Source: a virus. From it: 64,000 nt of DNA. The stretch lies in the IMG/VR virus record IMGVR_UViG_3300032323_000894, positions 11,650-75,649 of that record; one strand, given 5' to 3'. The notes under the pieces are model-generated. The model was given only the letters and a program-made list of their open reading frames with translations, did not search any database and had not been told where the DNA came from. Of this stretch, positions 45,857-55,134 are shown in pieces. Numbering within the stretch: the first letter of the stretch is position 1; each line of letters opens with the position of its first letter. Made by a program: the position numbers and the translations under genes.

Positions 45857-47860
45857 ATGAACGTAATCACAACTAAAGAACAGCTACAAGAGTTCGTAGA
45901 CTTTTATAAAAACGTACAAGAGTTTGCTTTTGACGTCGAAACTATTGGGGAAGATAGGCTGTACCCAGTGATTAACGATGTTTGCTGGATTTCATTTGCG
46001 ACTGAAGGTCGCGTAGACGTTATACCTATGGGTCACCCTAATGGTGAGTTTGAGGGTTGGGATAAACCCCTCCTTACCCCTGGCCAGAAAAGGCTAGAAG
46101 AAGGAAAAAAGATACTTGAGTCCCACTACTCTAAGGATGAACGAAAATGGACAGCTAAGTTTGGGGAGCCACCAGTGCAGTTAACTCCTCGTCAAGTATT
46201 CGATGCAGTAGAACCGTTGATGTTCGGGAACCAGCTAAAAATAGCTCACAATGCAAAGTTTGACCTAAAGTCTGTTGCAAAGTACTACGGAGGCAGAGTT
46301 CCAACCAAGCCGTACTTCGACACATTGACTGCATCGTTTATCGTTAACAACCTAAATAAGTTTGCGCTAGGTCTAAAGGACTGCGTAAAACGAGAATTAG
46401 GCGTAGAAATGGAAAAGGGAGTTGGAGAGAACGTAGCCCTCCACTCGTTTACTGATGTCGCCACCTATTCAGGCATTGACTCTGAGTTGACTTGGAAGCT
46501 ATACAAGGTGCTAGCCCCTAAGATTACTGGGAATCTTACAAAGGTTTGGAAGCTAGAAATGGATGTACTGGCTGCCCTATGCGACATGGAGCTCACTGGA
46601 GCGTACATTGACCAGAAACAGCTCAAAGTACTATCAGAAGAGATTGAAAAGGGTAAGCAAGAAGCAGAGGCAAAGTGCTACAAGATTGCGGGCAAAGCTT
46701 TTGCCATCAACTCTGTGCCAGTTAAGCAAAAGCTTTTGTACACTCCTCAAGACGGGGATGTAAAAGCTCGAATTACGCCTAACCCAAAGTATCAAGGTGT
46801 GCTAACCCCTAAAGGGCAGAAAGCAGCCAAAGAAGGCAAGACCCTTGACTACAGTCACTTCTCTGTCTCAGCCGATGCATTGGAGTATTACCGAGGTAAA
46901 GACGACCTAGTAGACGCAATCCTTACTTATCAGGACCTAAATAAGCTTATGACAACCTACGTAACTCCTTACACAGGTGGAGAAGTTAAGCGAGTAACTA
47001 ACGGTAAAGAAAAGATTACTCAACGTAAAAGTCTTTTAATTAACGGGAGAGTACACACTAACTTTAAGTCCCATGGTGCAGAGACTGGCAGGTTCTCTTC
47101 CAGCGAACCTAACCTACAGAACATCCCTTCATCAGGAGATTACGGCAAGCTAGTTCGTAATTTGTTCATTGCCCCACCAGGACACAAGTTAATTGTTGCG
47201 GATTATTCACAGATTGAACCTAGAATCATAGCTGCTTTCTCACGCGACCCTCTTCTAGTAGAGAACTACATGACTGGTGGAGATGTGTACACCACAATTG
47301 GTGACACTATGGGGGTAGACCGTAAGGCAGGAAAAGTCTTGGTTCTAGCCATCTCCTATGGTGTAGGGCCAGACAAGATTGCTTCATCCATCGGCTGTTC
47401 TTTAGCAGATGCTAAAAAACTATTGACTGACTTTGAAAAGAAGTTCTCGTCTATTTCTAAGTACAAAAGCCACGTAATCAGAATGGCAAAAGATAAGTCG
47501 CCCCTACCTTATGTGGAGACCCTGTTTGGTCGCAGACGCTATATCCCTGACCTTTTAAGTAAGGAAATAGGAAAATCTGCTAGAGCAGACCGCCAAGCAT
47601 TTAACACCATGATTCAAGGTTCCGCTGCAGATGTGATGAAGTTGGCGTTAGTTAGGGCCCACTCTTGCTTTTTGACCGAACCTACTATTAATGTAGTACT
47701 TACAGTGCATGACGAACTAGTCACCATAGCGCCTGATGACCGTGCCGAAGAGGTTGCGGAAGCTATCAGAGAGTCTATGGAGGGCATTCGACTGAAGCAA
47801 ATTGACATCCCACTACTTGCTGAGGTACACATAGTGGACAAGTGGGGAGAGGCAAAGTAA
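45857..47860 (+). CDS. polA: Family A DNA polymerase with 3'-5' exonuclease (no 5'-3' exonuclease domain)
   Basis: FDVET, HNAKFD, TGRFSSSEPNLQNIP, ADYSQIEPR, RKAGK...SYG, IQGSAAD, VHDEL. Confidence 0.95.
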   Translation: MNVITTKEQLQEFVDFYKNVQEFAFDVETIGEDRLYPVINDVCWISFATEGRVDVIPMGHPNGEFEGWDKPLLTPGQKRLEEGKKILESHYSKDERKWTAKFGEPPVQLTPRQVFDAVEPLMFGNQLKIAHNAKFDLKSVAKYYGGRVPTKPYFDTLTASFIVNNLNKFALGLKDCVKRELGVEMEKGVGENVALHSFTDVATYSGIDSELTWKLYKVLAPKITGNLTKVWKLEMDVLAALCDMELTGAYIDQKQLKVLSEEIEKGKQEAEAKCYKIAGKAFAINSVPVKQKLLYTPQDGDVKARITPNPKYQGVLTPKGQKAAKEGKTLDYSHFSVSADALEYYRGKDDLVDAILTYQDLNKLMTTYVTPYTGGEVKRVTNGKEKITQRKSLLINGRVHTNFKSHGAETGRFSSSEPNLQNIPSSGDYGKLVRNLFIAPPGHKLIVADYSQIEPRIIAAFSRDPLLVENYMTGGDVYTTIGDTMGVDRKAGKVLVLAISYGVGPDKIASSIGCSLADAKKLLTDFEKKFSSISKYKSHVIRMAKDKSPLPYVETLFGRRRYIPDLLSKEIGKSARADRQAFNTMIQGSAADVMKLALVRAHSCFLTEPTINVVLTVHDELVTIAPDDRAEEVAEAIRESMEGIRLKQIDIPLLAEVHIVDKWGEAK

Positions 47861-48270
47861 TGCGTCGCAATAAAAAAAAGGACGAGCTGACCCTAGCTGA
47901 CGTCACTAACAGGCTACGTGGATTCATACTAGATTCTCAAATACAAAATGCCCATGAACTGAGTGTCATTTTAGGCTGCTCACCATTGTCCGACGAGCTG
48001 CAGGAAAAAGAAGAAGAAGAAAGCGACAACAGAGTAGACAAAATTGGCTCTTTGATTCCCCTGCTATATGCTCACGCCCACGTTCTTGCCGAGGGTGCGG
48101 TTGAATTTCAAAGGGCAAATGTTAAGAACGAGGCTTTAAAGAACCTTCCAGACGAAATGTGGTGGGAAAGCAGGAAATTGATGGAGCAAATGGCTTTATC
48201 AGTTCTGCTAGGTTCCGTTTCTCAGCTAGTAGACATGGGTCTTTTAACAGTAACAAAGAAGAGGAGATAG
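47860..48270 (+). CDS. Hypothetical protein
   Basis: TAATG coupled to polA. Confidence 0.55.
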   Translation: MRRNKKKDELTLADVTNRLRGFILDSQIQNAHELSVILGCSPLSDELQEKEEEESDNRVDKIGSLIPLLYAHAHVLAEGAVEFQRANVKNEALKNLPDEMWWESRKLMEQMALSVLLGSVSQLVDMGLLTVTKKRR

Positions 48271-48272
48271 TA

Positions 48273-48659
48273 ATGAACAACGCAGACTGGTGGGCAAAAA
48301 AACTGCAGCAACAACAACCGCAGGTTCAACAATACCGCCCAGACCCAACTCCGCCAATGCCTCCGTCTCAGAGGCCTATGGACCCGATGCCTTCCTTTCA
48401 GACACCGCCGAATCCAGCGGAGCGTGCGCAGTCATCTAAACAGACTTCTACGTGTCCTGAGTGCGGGTCGGTCAACTACATGGCAGTGGCGAATGCGGCT
48501 CCGAGGTGCTACGACTGTGGGTATCCCATATCTCAGTCGGGTTCAAGATACGGGTCTCTAACAGGAGCTCACGTAGAGGGTTCGGCAAAAGGCGCAAGGG
48601 GTAACGACCCTGCCAGTAACTGGAACCCACAAGGAATTATCGGAAGAATTGGAGAATAG
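48273..48659 (+). CDS. Pro/Gln-rich zinc-ribbon protein
   Basis: GAGGAG RBS. DWWAKKL, CPECGS...RCYDCGYP. Confidence 0.6.
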   Translation: MNNADWWAKKLQQQQPQVQQYRPDPTPPMPPSQRPMDPMPSFQTPPNPAERAQSSKQTSTCPECGSVNYMAVANAAPRCYDCGYPISQSGSRYGSLTGAHVEGSAKGARGNDPASNWNPQGIIGRIGE

Positions 48660-48661
48660 TA

Positions 48662-49708
48662 ATGATTAATGCTGACGCACAAAAGGTAATGGCCCAAATT
48701 AATAAGAGATTTGGTGCTAACGTCGTAGTTGTAGGTAAAGATGTACGTACAGATTTAATTACCAGAGTAACCACAGGGTCCACTACCTTTGATTACGTAC
48801 TAGGTGGGGGATTCCCCGCAAACCAGTGGAATGAGCTTATTGGTGAGGCATCTCACGGAAAGACCGCAATTGCGTTAAAGACTATTGCGGCTAACCAAGC
48901 AAAAGACCCAGACTATACAACTGTGTGGGTAGCTGCAGAACAATGGGTTCCTGAGTACGCTGCAATGTGCGGAGTAGACCCTTCTCGTGTTATTGTTATT
49001 GAAACCAATATTATGGAGGAAGCGTATGACGCGGTTATTGCTTTTGCTGAATCGAAATCAGTTGACGCTATCGTTATTGACTCTCTTCCTGCCCTAGTTC
49101 CGTCTCCAGAAGACGAGAAAAACATGGACGAGATGACCGTCGGACGTGGGGCCCTCATCACTAACAAGTTCTTCCGTAAAGCGGGGGCTGCTATGAAACG
49201 CTCCCTAGTAGAAGACGAGCGCCCAATTCTAGGTATTGTTATTAATCAGTACCGCATGAAGATTGGCGTAATGCACGGAGACCCTCGAACCACTCCTGGA
49301 GGAGAAGGAAAGAACTACGCTTTCTTTACTCGTGCAGAGGTTCGTAGAGACGAATGGATTGAGGCGGGCACAGGAGTAAACAAGCAAAGAGTTGGGCAGA
49401 GGATAAAGATTCGTGTCCTTAAAAACAAGACGGCCCCACCACAGCGAGTTGCTTTTGTAGATTTCTATTTTGCCCCGTACAGCATTTACGAACCTGGAGA
49501 TTACGACGTTGCTAAAGAAATTGCGGCAATGTCTATAGTCAAGGGTATAGTAGACCGTAAGGGTGGCTGGATTTACTACGGCGACCGTAAGTGGCAGGGA
49601 CAAGAGGCACTTGTCAATTCCATTAGAGAAGAGGTAGACTTCTTGGAAGAACTACGAGATAAAGTAATGACAACCCCAGATTCATTTATAGGAGCGCAGG
49701 ATGAGTAA
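48662..49708 (+). CDS. recA: RecA/UvsX-like recombinase
   Basis: GEASHGKT, IVIDSLPAL, INQYR, TTPGG, KNKTAPP. Confidence 0.93.
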   Translation: MINADAQKVMAQINKRFGANVVVVGKDVRTDLITRVTTGSTTFDYVLGGGFPANQWNELIGEASHGKTAIALKTIAANQAKDPDYTTVWVAAEQWVPEYAAMCGVDPSRVIVIETNIMEEAYDAVIAFAESKSVDAIVIDSLPALVPSPEDEKNMDEMTVGRGALITNKFFRKAGAAMKRSLVEDERPILGIVINQYRMKIGVMHGDPRTTPGGEGKNYAFFTRAEVRRDEWIEAGTGVNKQRVGQRIKIRVLKNKTAPPQRVAFVDFYFAPYSIYEPGDYDVAKEIAAMSIVKGIVDRKGGWIYYGDRKWQGQEALVNSIREEVDFLEELRDKVMTTPDSFIGAQDE

Positions 49709-49916
49709 AATGAACGAGTTATCAATTTCAGACATGGAAGACAGCTACGCAGAGCACGTGGAAGAGCAGCGCCAAGAACTTCGTAAAGAAGGGGCTGAAG
49801 AACTTCGTAAAGATATTCTGCGCGAGCTAGAGAGCTTAAAAATTAAGGCCTGGACATCTCAGGAAAGAATCGCTTATGAAGCAGCAATTATTGTTGTTGG
49901 GCGTGCAAATATTTAA
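49701..49916 (+). CDS. Small hypothetical protein
   Basis: Overlaps the recA stop. Contains a duplicated ELRK segment. Confidence 0.5.
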   Translation: MSKMNELSISDMEDSYAEHVEEQRQELRKEGAEELRKDILRELESLKIKAWTSQERIAYEAAIIVVGRANI

Positions 49917-50239
49917 TGAAAAGTGTTGGCCAGAAGGAATCCCAGAAGCATGAAAAGCGAATTGCTAAAGCCATTGGAGGGCAAACCACGGCTGCTTCAG
50001 GAGCCTTCTGGTCACGCAAAGGCGACGTTAGAAGTACAGGGTTATTGGTCGAGCATAAATGGACAGGTAAAAAGTCCAAAACAATACAGTCTGCTGAACT
50101 TAAAAAAATAACAACTGAAGCAATCATAGATGGTAGGACACCAGTGTTTGGCCTTCATCTAGACGGTGAAGACTACGTTATACTTTTAGAGACAGACTTT
50201 TTAGAGTTATGGAACAAACTAAATGACACTCCCGCATGA
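49916..50239 (+). CDS. PD-(D/E)XK Holliday-junction-resolvase-like nuclease
   Basis: HEKRIAK...ASGA...KGDV...LVEHK.T. Confidence 0.7.
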   Translation: MKSVGQKESQKHEKRIAKAIGGQTTAASGAFWSRKGDVRSTGLLVEHKWTGKKSKTIQSAELKKITTEAIIDGRTPVFGLHLDGEDYVILLETDFLELWNKLNDTPA

Positions 50240-50636
50240 CGGTGACCTCTCGTGGTATGACGATGCCGCTTGTAGAGGCGCTGATACGGAGTTGTTCTAT
50301 CCTCCAAGGGACAAGGCTAAATACAAAAAGATTGCTAATGAAGCCAAAACTTACTGTTTTGGAATTTCAGGAAAAACCCCTTGCCCTGTTAGAATGAATT
50401 GTCTTTGGGACGCTATTATCCGAGATGAGCAACATGGCATCTGGGGAGGAATGTCTCACAGAGAAAGAAATGCTTTAATTAGAAAATGGGAACGCAAGTA
50501 CAAAGGGACTATGACTTTGAAAGAATACATCTTTCAATTGGATACGAGGAGAGAAAACAATGCCAGCACCAAAAACGGACCTATGGAAATTCTTAGACGC
50601 AAAGGCAAAGCCAACACGTCTACTAGGCGATATTGA
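50223..50636 (+). CDS. whiB: WhiB-family transcription factor
   Basis: W..AAC, FYP, AK.YC, CPV..NCL, GIWGGMS.RER. Confidence 0.9.
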   Translation: MTLPHDGDLSWYDDAACRGADTELFYPPRDKAKYKKIANEAKTYCFGISGKTPCPVRMNCLWDAIIRDEQHGIWGGMSHRERNALIRKWERKYKGTMTLKEYIFQLDTRRENNASTKNGPMEILRRKGKANTSTRRY

Positions 50637-51408
50637 GCGCCACCTACTAAAGCGACCTGTTGGAGACCGTGATTACACGGTACTGCATCCTTCTGACATT
50701 ATTAAGCGTGATTGGTGTAAGCGTTCTTCTTACTTCTTATTGCGTGGTCATGAGCGTATTGCTGAAAAACCAAACCTTAGACTGCAGTCAATCTTTGATG
50801 AAGGCCATGCTATCCACGCTAAATGGCAGGCTTGGTTTCAGGAAATGGGCGTACTTCACGGCAAGTTTAAATGTGTTTCTTGTCACGAAATAACTTGGGG
50901 AACCTCTCCCTCTGAGTGTAGTAAGTGTGGTTGGAAAACCTTAGAATATGCTGAAGTAACTTTAGTGGATAAAGATTTGCGCATAGCTGGGCACACAGAC
51001 GGTTGGATAAAAGGTATCGGAGACGACTGCCTTATAGAGATTAAGTCAATTGGCCCAGGAACTATTCGGTCAGAAGCCCCTAACCTTATGATGGAGGCCG
51101 ATGGAGACTTCATGAAAGCGTGGAGTACTGTTCGTAAGCCTTTTGGTCCACACGTTTTGCAGGGCCAGATTTACCTTGAGTTGATGAAGCGAATGGGAAA
51201 TTCTGTTGATGAGATTGTATTCTTGTACGAACTAAAGGCTGACCAGTCTTACAAGGAATTCACCGTTAAAGCAGACTACTCGTTAGTAGAGCATGTTTTT
51301 GATGGTGCTAAATTTGTCGTAGATGCAGTGGCCGCAGGCATTGCTCCAGACTGCTCTAACAACCCTGGCAGTATCTGCAAGCAGTGCGCCCCTTACAAGG
51401 AGGCATAA
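50560..51408 (+). CDS. Cas4-like / RecB-family exonuclease
   Basis: HPS..WC.R, GHAIH, GHTDG, IEIKS, QGQIY, C-terminal C...CKQC. Confidence 0.8.
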   Translation: MPAPKTDLWKFLDAKAKPTRLLGDIERHLLKRPVGDRDYTVLHPSDIIKRDWCKRSSYFLLRGHERIAEKPNLRLQSIFDEGHAIHAKWQAWFQEMGVLHGKFKCVSCHEITWGTSPSECSKCGWKTLEYAEVTLVDKDLRIAGHTDGWIKGIGDDCLIEIKSIGPGTIRSEAPNLMMEADGDFMKAWSTVRKPFGPHVLQGQIYLELMKRMGNSVDEIVFLYELKADQSYKEFTVKADYSLVEHVFDGAKFVVDAVAAGIAPDCSNNPGSICKQCAPYKEA

Positions 51409-51869
51409 TGTCTGCATTAGATAAGTTTCAAGACTGGGGCCTTACATTTAGAAAGCCAAGTGACAATCAGGTAGAACTACCAAATGACATTACGATGCTA
51501 AACTCAGAACAGCTGGGAGAAATATTTACCAGACTTACTGCGTGGACAGACTACATTGCGTCACAACTTGTTCACGCACAGTTAGATGAGCGTGCAGCAC
51601 AAAAAGTTCTGGAGTACAATGAGAACCTCATGCTAGTCAAAAGGCTAGGGAGTGGCATTCGAGGGGAACGTGTAACCACCGTTAAAGCAGAAATTGCAAT
51701 TGACGAAAACATTGTTCAACTTAGTAATCAGTACGAAGAAAAGTATGCGTACAGAAAACTTGTAGAAATGCTGCTTCATAATCATGAACGTGACCTGTCC
51801 TTAGTCAGCCGAGAGATTACTCGTCGCTCCAATGACTCAAGGGCACTTAGAAAGGAATATGGCGTCTAA
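51408..51869 (+). CDS. Helical hypothetical protein (possibly UvsY-like)
   Basis: LPNDIT...AWTDY...LVSREITRR, all-helical. Function guessed from context. Confidence 0.4.
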   Translation: MSALDKFQDWGLTFRKPSDNQVELPNDITMLNSEQLGEIFTRLTAWTDYIASQLVHAQLDERAAQKVLEYNENLMLVKRLGSGIRGERVTTVKAEIAIDENIVQLSNQYEEKYAYRKLVEMLLHNHERDLSLVSREITRRSNDSRALRKEYGV

Positions 51870-52162
51870 TGACCACACCAACCGATAGCACTCTTCAAGC
51901 ATCAACCCCTCTGGAAATCACCGTGTATACAAACCCCAACTGCGTACAATGCGTTCAGACAAAAAAGTATTTTGATGCAAATGAGGTCCCGTACTCTGTA
52001 GTAGACCTTTCTGAAGACAAAGCAGCGTTGGACATGGTTCTAGAGCTAGGGTTTACTTCCGCCCCAGTGGTTATCGCCAATAAAGAAAAGTGGTCAGGAT
52101 TTAGAATGGGCAAGCTGTCCGATACAGTACACGCATACAAACTAAGCATTAGGGGTAAGTAA
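51869..52162 (+). CDS. nrdH: NrdH-like glutaredoxin
   Basis: VYTNPNCVQC...APVV...WSGFR. Confidence 0.9.
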   Translation: MTTPTDSTLQASTPLEITVYTNPNCVQCVQTKKYFDANEVPYSVVDLSEDKAALDMVLELGFTSAPVVIANKEKWSGFRMGKLSDTVHAYKLSIRGK

Positions 52163-52165
52163 CTG

Positions 52166-52597
52166 ATGGGGAGGGCGGTAGGTTACGAGCCAAGATTCGA
52201 TAGAGACCTAGAACGTGGCAATGTTGGAGAAGACCTACTAGAGCTGTTTTTTGCTGATGGCGAAGACAACAATATGTTTGAGGTTAAGACGGATTACCGA
52301 ATTAACGAAACAGGCAATATCTACGTAGAGACCCACAAGTATAGAAAAGCTGACCAGTCAGACCTAGTTCCTTCTGGCATAAACGTTACTGAAGCTAAGT
52401 GGTGGGTTCAGGCATCTCCTGATGGGACTGCCATGCTTATTTTTAAAACCGACCATATTAGGAAGTACATTGAGTTTACTCAGCCTCCTAGGTCAGCCCA
52501 ACCTACGGCAAACGCACATTCTGCAGCGAGCCTAGGGGTGTTAATTCCCCTCAAAGGTTTGATGAAGTTCAGCAAAATGTGGAAGCTAAATGACTGA
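52166..52597 (+). CDS. PD-(D/E)XK-like nuclease-fold protein
   Basis: FDRDL..G..GE, EVKTD, TGNIYVE, PSGI..TEA.WW. Confidence 0.55.
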   Translation: MGRAVGYEPRFDRDLERGNVGEDLLELFFADGEDNNMFEVKTDYRINETGNIYVETHKYRKADQSDLVPSGINVTEAKWWVQASPDGTAMLIFKTDHIRKYIEFTQPPRSAQPTANAHSAASLGVLIPLKGLMKFSKMWKLND

Positions 52598-53192
52598 GAA
52601 AGTATTCCAAAATGGTCTAGTACCTGGAAACGTAGCTATAGGTATAGACCAGTCACTAACGGGGTTTGCAATTACAGCCCTCAATGTCGACGACCCGCAG
52701 TGCTACGAAACCTGGGTATACAAGTCTGACTACAACGGGGTAAAGCGCCTTCACGACATCCGCTGGTGGATGGAAGATAAGTTTGATACTTTAGATGCCA
52801 AAGAGTGCAGGGTAGTAGAGATAGCTATGGAGGGTAGTGTATTAGCCTCCCAATCGGCGCTAATTCTTGGGGAGCTTGCTGGTATGGTAAAACTGAGTAT
52901 ATGGACCTACTTTGATGGGAACACCAACAGCTACATCCCGTACCCAAATCACTTAAGAACTCCCCTCCAGATACCTCCTATGACCCTTAAAAAGTACGCT
53001 ACAGGCAAAGGAACGTCTAAAAAACAAGAAATGCTTTTACAAATGTACAAGAGGTGGGGAGTAGAGTTTAACGATGATAACGCCGCGGACTCCTACGCCT
53101 TAGCCAGACTAGCTTCTGGGTCTATTACGGGGGCAATTGAGGCACAAGTAGTAGAGCAAATAAAAGACCCTAAATACCGAGATTCTCAGTAG
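52590..53192 (+). CDS. ruvC: RuvC-like resolvase
   Basis: IGIDQSLTG, AMEG, PMTLKKYATGKG, DNAADS. Confidence 0.85.
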   Translation: MTEKVFQNGLVPGNVAIGIDQSLTGFAITALNVDDPQCYETWVYKSDYNGVKRLHDIRWWMEDKFDTLDAKECRVVEIAMEGSVLASQSALILGELAGMVKLSIWTYFDGNTNSYIPYPNHLRTPLQIPPMTLKKYATGKGTSKKQEMLLQMYKRWGVEFNDDNAADSYALARLASGSITGAIEAQVVEQIKDPKYRDSQ

Positions 53193-53252
53193 GTTTACCC
53201 TTATCCTAGTTCTTAAGGATGGCACCACATCGAAACCTAAGGACTACCAACT

Positions 53253-53543
53253 GTGACCGAAGAAATTCAGTTATCCCCAGAAGAGCCATTCCTACGAGTT
53301 AGCGCTGGCTCCAACCCACAATCTGTTGCATCTGCTATTGCCCACGCTATTTACGAAAACAAGCAAGTAAAGCTTCGTGCCGTAGGTGCTGGCGCAGTCA
53401 ACCAAGCTGTAAAAGCTATCGCTATTTCAAGAGGATATGTTGCTCCTCGTGGATTAGACCTAATTTGTAAGCCTGGTTTTACAACAATCGAATCCCGTGA
53501 TGGCGAAATAAGCGCAATTGTTTTTGCCATTTCAGCAAGCTAA
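53253..53543 (+). CDS. spoVS: Stage V sporulation protein S (Alba-like fold)
   Basis: LRVSAGSNPQSVASAIA...AVGAGAVNQAVKAIAISRGY...PGF. Confidence 0.9.
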   Translation: MTEEIQLSPEEPFLRVSAGSNPQSVASAIAHAIYENKQVKLRAVGAGAVNQAVKAIAISRGYVAPRGLDLICKPGFTTIESRDGEISAIVFAISAS

Positions 53544-53579
53544 AAAAGCCTTACTCTAGTAGTAAGCAAAGGAGTTATT

Positions 53580-54002
53580 ATGGCATCTTGGGCAGACCAA
53601 GGACATGCAATGCGTCGCCGCGAAGGCAATCCTTCCTCACACCTAGAATCAGCGGGCAAGTCAAATGCTCGTAGTCACCAGACCTCAGACGAGGCATATG
53701 AAAGCGCAGGAAAAGTTATGGGTACTAGAGTTCCAATGAATTCTATGGACGAAATTAACAAAGGCCAACTAAAGGGAACTCTTATAAAGAAGAAGAGCAC
53801 TCAGGCAGCTGACCCAACATACGGTGGCAAGGCTAACCGTAAGAACATCGAGAAAATCGGTGCGTCTTACCGTGTAACCGCTAAAGTAGATTCTCCACTG
53901 ATTGACCCAGCTGTTGGTCCAACCATGGCTAATGCACGTATCGTGCCATCTGTCCAGGGCCGTAACGCTAACTTCAGCGGAGAAATGAACTCCAGCTACT
54001 AA
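53580..54002 (+). CDS. Hypothetical low-complexity protein
   Basis: AAAGGAG RBS, with a TACTCT -10-like site upstream. Confidence 0.6.
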   Translation: MASWADQGHAMRRREGNPSSHLESAGKSNARSHQTSDEAYESAGKVMGTRVPMNSMDEINKGQLKGTLIKKKSTQAADPTYGGKANRKNIEKIGASYRVTAKVDSPLIDPAVGPTMANARIVPSVQGRNANFSGEMNSSY

Positions 54003-54011
54003 GGAGTAACA

Positions 54012-54242
54012 ATGCTTTCAGCAAACCAAGCTGCAGCTAAGTACGGCGTTCCAAGTCCGAATGCTGGTTCAGAGTTCGCTAAGAACGCCTACGAAGGCGA
54101 CCCAAAGGTTTTGCCCTACGCTAAACAAACTAGGGACACCTCTGCTAAAGCTACGGTTTGGTCTAATCAAAATCCTGGTCGTCCAGGTTCATTCCAAGAC
54201 TTTGGTGGAAGTAATCCTACCATGGCACAGCCAGGAGCTTAA
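54012..54242 (+). CDS. Small hypothetical protein
   Basis: AAGGAG RBS. Confidence 0.6.
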   Translation: MLSANQAAAKYGVPSPNAGSEFAKNAYEGDPKVLPYAKQTRDTSAKATVWSNQNPGRPGSFQDFGGSNPTMAQPGA

Positions 54243-54244
54243 TC

Positions 54245-54772
54245 ATGGCTGGAGCAACTAACAACTTTTCTCCACAGCAGAACTGGCAATCAATCGGTGG
54301 CCAGGGATTCTACGGATACAATAACCAAGGTGGCCAGGGTGTACCTGTAGCCCGTGGTGAGCTTGATGCTGTTCGTATTGGAACGGGAAGAGTCCCATCC
54401 GCTGAGTATCCAGATGGTTACCTCGGAACGATTCGCTCTCGTAGAGACGACCGTTTGCTGGACAGCATTAAGTCTCGTGTTGGTCAAAAATCTTATCAGC
54501 GTGGTGTACACAAGGGTGAGCGGATTGAGCCTAGTGGGTACTTCTGGTCCCCAGACTTTAACGACCAAATGGGCATTAAGCGCCAGATGAAGGCTAAGTA
54601 TGATGCCAAATCAGGAATGTACAGGGTACCTCGTGCGGGCATGGACTTGCGCCTAATTCCTGCGCCTCACCTTGTAAACGACGGAAAGTCAAACATGCGT
54701 TCAGACCAAGACGTGGCCCTAAACGTAAAGCGTGCCAATCAAATGGCTTACCTAAAGCCTGTGTATAGATAA
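54245..54772 (+). CDS. Conserved-looking hypothetical protein
   Basis: AEYPDGYLGTI.SRR.DRLL, YQRGVHKGERI. Confidence 0.6.
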   Translation: MAGATNNFSPQQNWQSIGGQGFYGYNNQGGQGVPVARGELDAVRIGTGRVPSAEYPDGYLGTIRSRRDDRLLDSIKSRVGQKSYQRGVHKGERIEPSGYFWSPDFNDQMGIKRQMKAKYDAKSGMYRVPRAGMDLRLIPAPHLVNDGKSNMRSDQDVALNVKRANQMAYLKPVYR

Positions 54773-55134
54773 TGGCTGGCTCATTCGACGGTAACTACGA
54801 CAGAACAAAACCGTGGCGTAGTAACATTACTGACGCCAACGGTCGTCCTAAGTGGACCTACAACGGCCCTTGGGCATCAAACGAGCAGCGCCTAACACAG
54901 CAGGCGCTGATGGTTGCCTTAATTCCAGGAGCAGACATTCAACAAATGGTTCGCCCTAATCTTCCTCAGATTCGTTTATTTCCAGACAGATTTGGATATG
55001 GGCCTCGCACACAGCCTGAGATTGAAGACGTAGTAAGCATCGACCGTGTCTACACAGAGCCTCGAGTTAGCTGGTACTCAGGAGGAGTTGCAGGGTATTC
55101 TGGTAGCAGTAGAAATAGCTTGGAAGGTAACTAA
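54772..55134 (+). CDS. Hypothetical protein
   Basis: TAATG coupled. Confidence 0.6.
   Translation: MAGSFDGNYDRTKPWRSNITDANGRPKWTYNGPWASNEQRLTQQALMVALIPGADIQQMVRPNLPQIRLFPDRFGYGPRTQPEIEDVVSIDRVYTEPRVSWYSGGVAGYSGSSRNSLEGN

Noticed and set aside
40307-49708. Inteins or introns in DnaB, SNF2, PolA or RecA
   Set aside because: Lengths are normal, motifs are contiguous, and no intein termini or LAGLIDADG blocks were seen.
49774-49813. 16-bp direct repeat AAGAACTTCGTAAAGA
   Set aside because: It is an in-frame duplication in a small helical protein, with no evidence of regulatory or att function.
50560-51408. CRISPR-Cas locus, suggested by the Cas4-like gene
   Set aside because: No cas1/cas2 or array. 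Solo Cas4-like nucleases are common in phage recombination modules.
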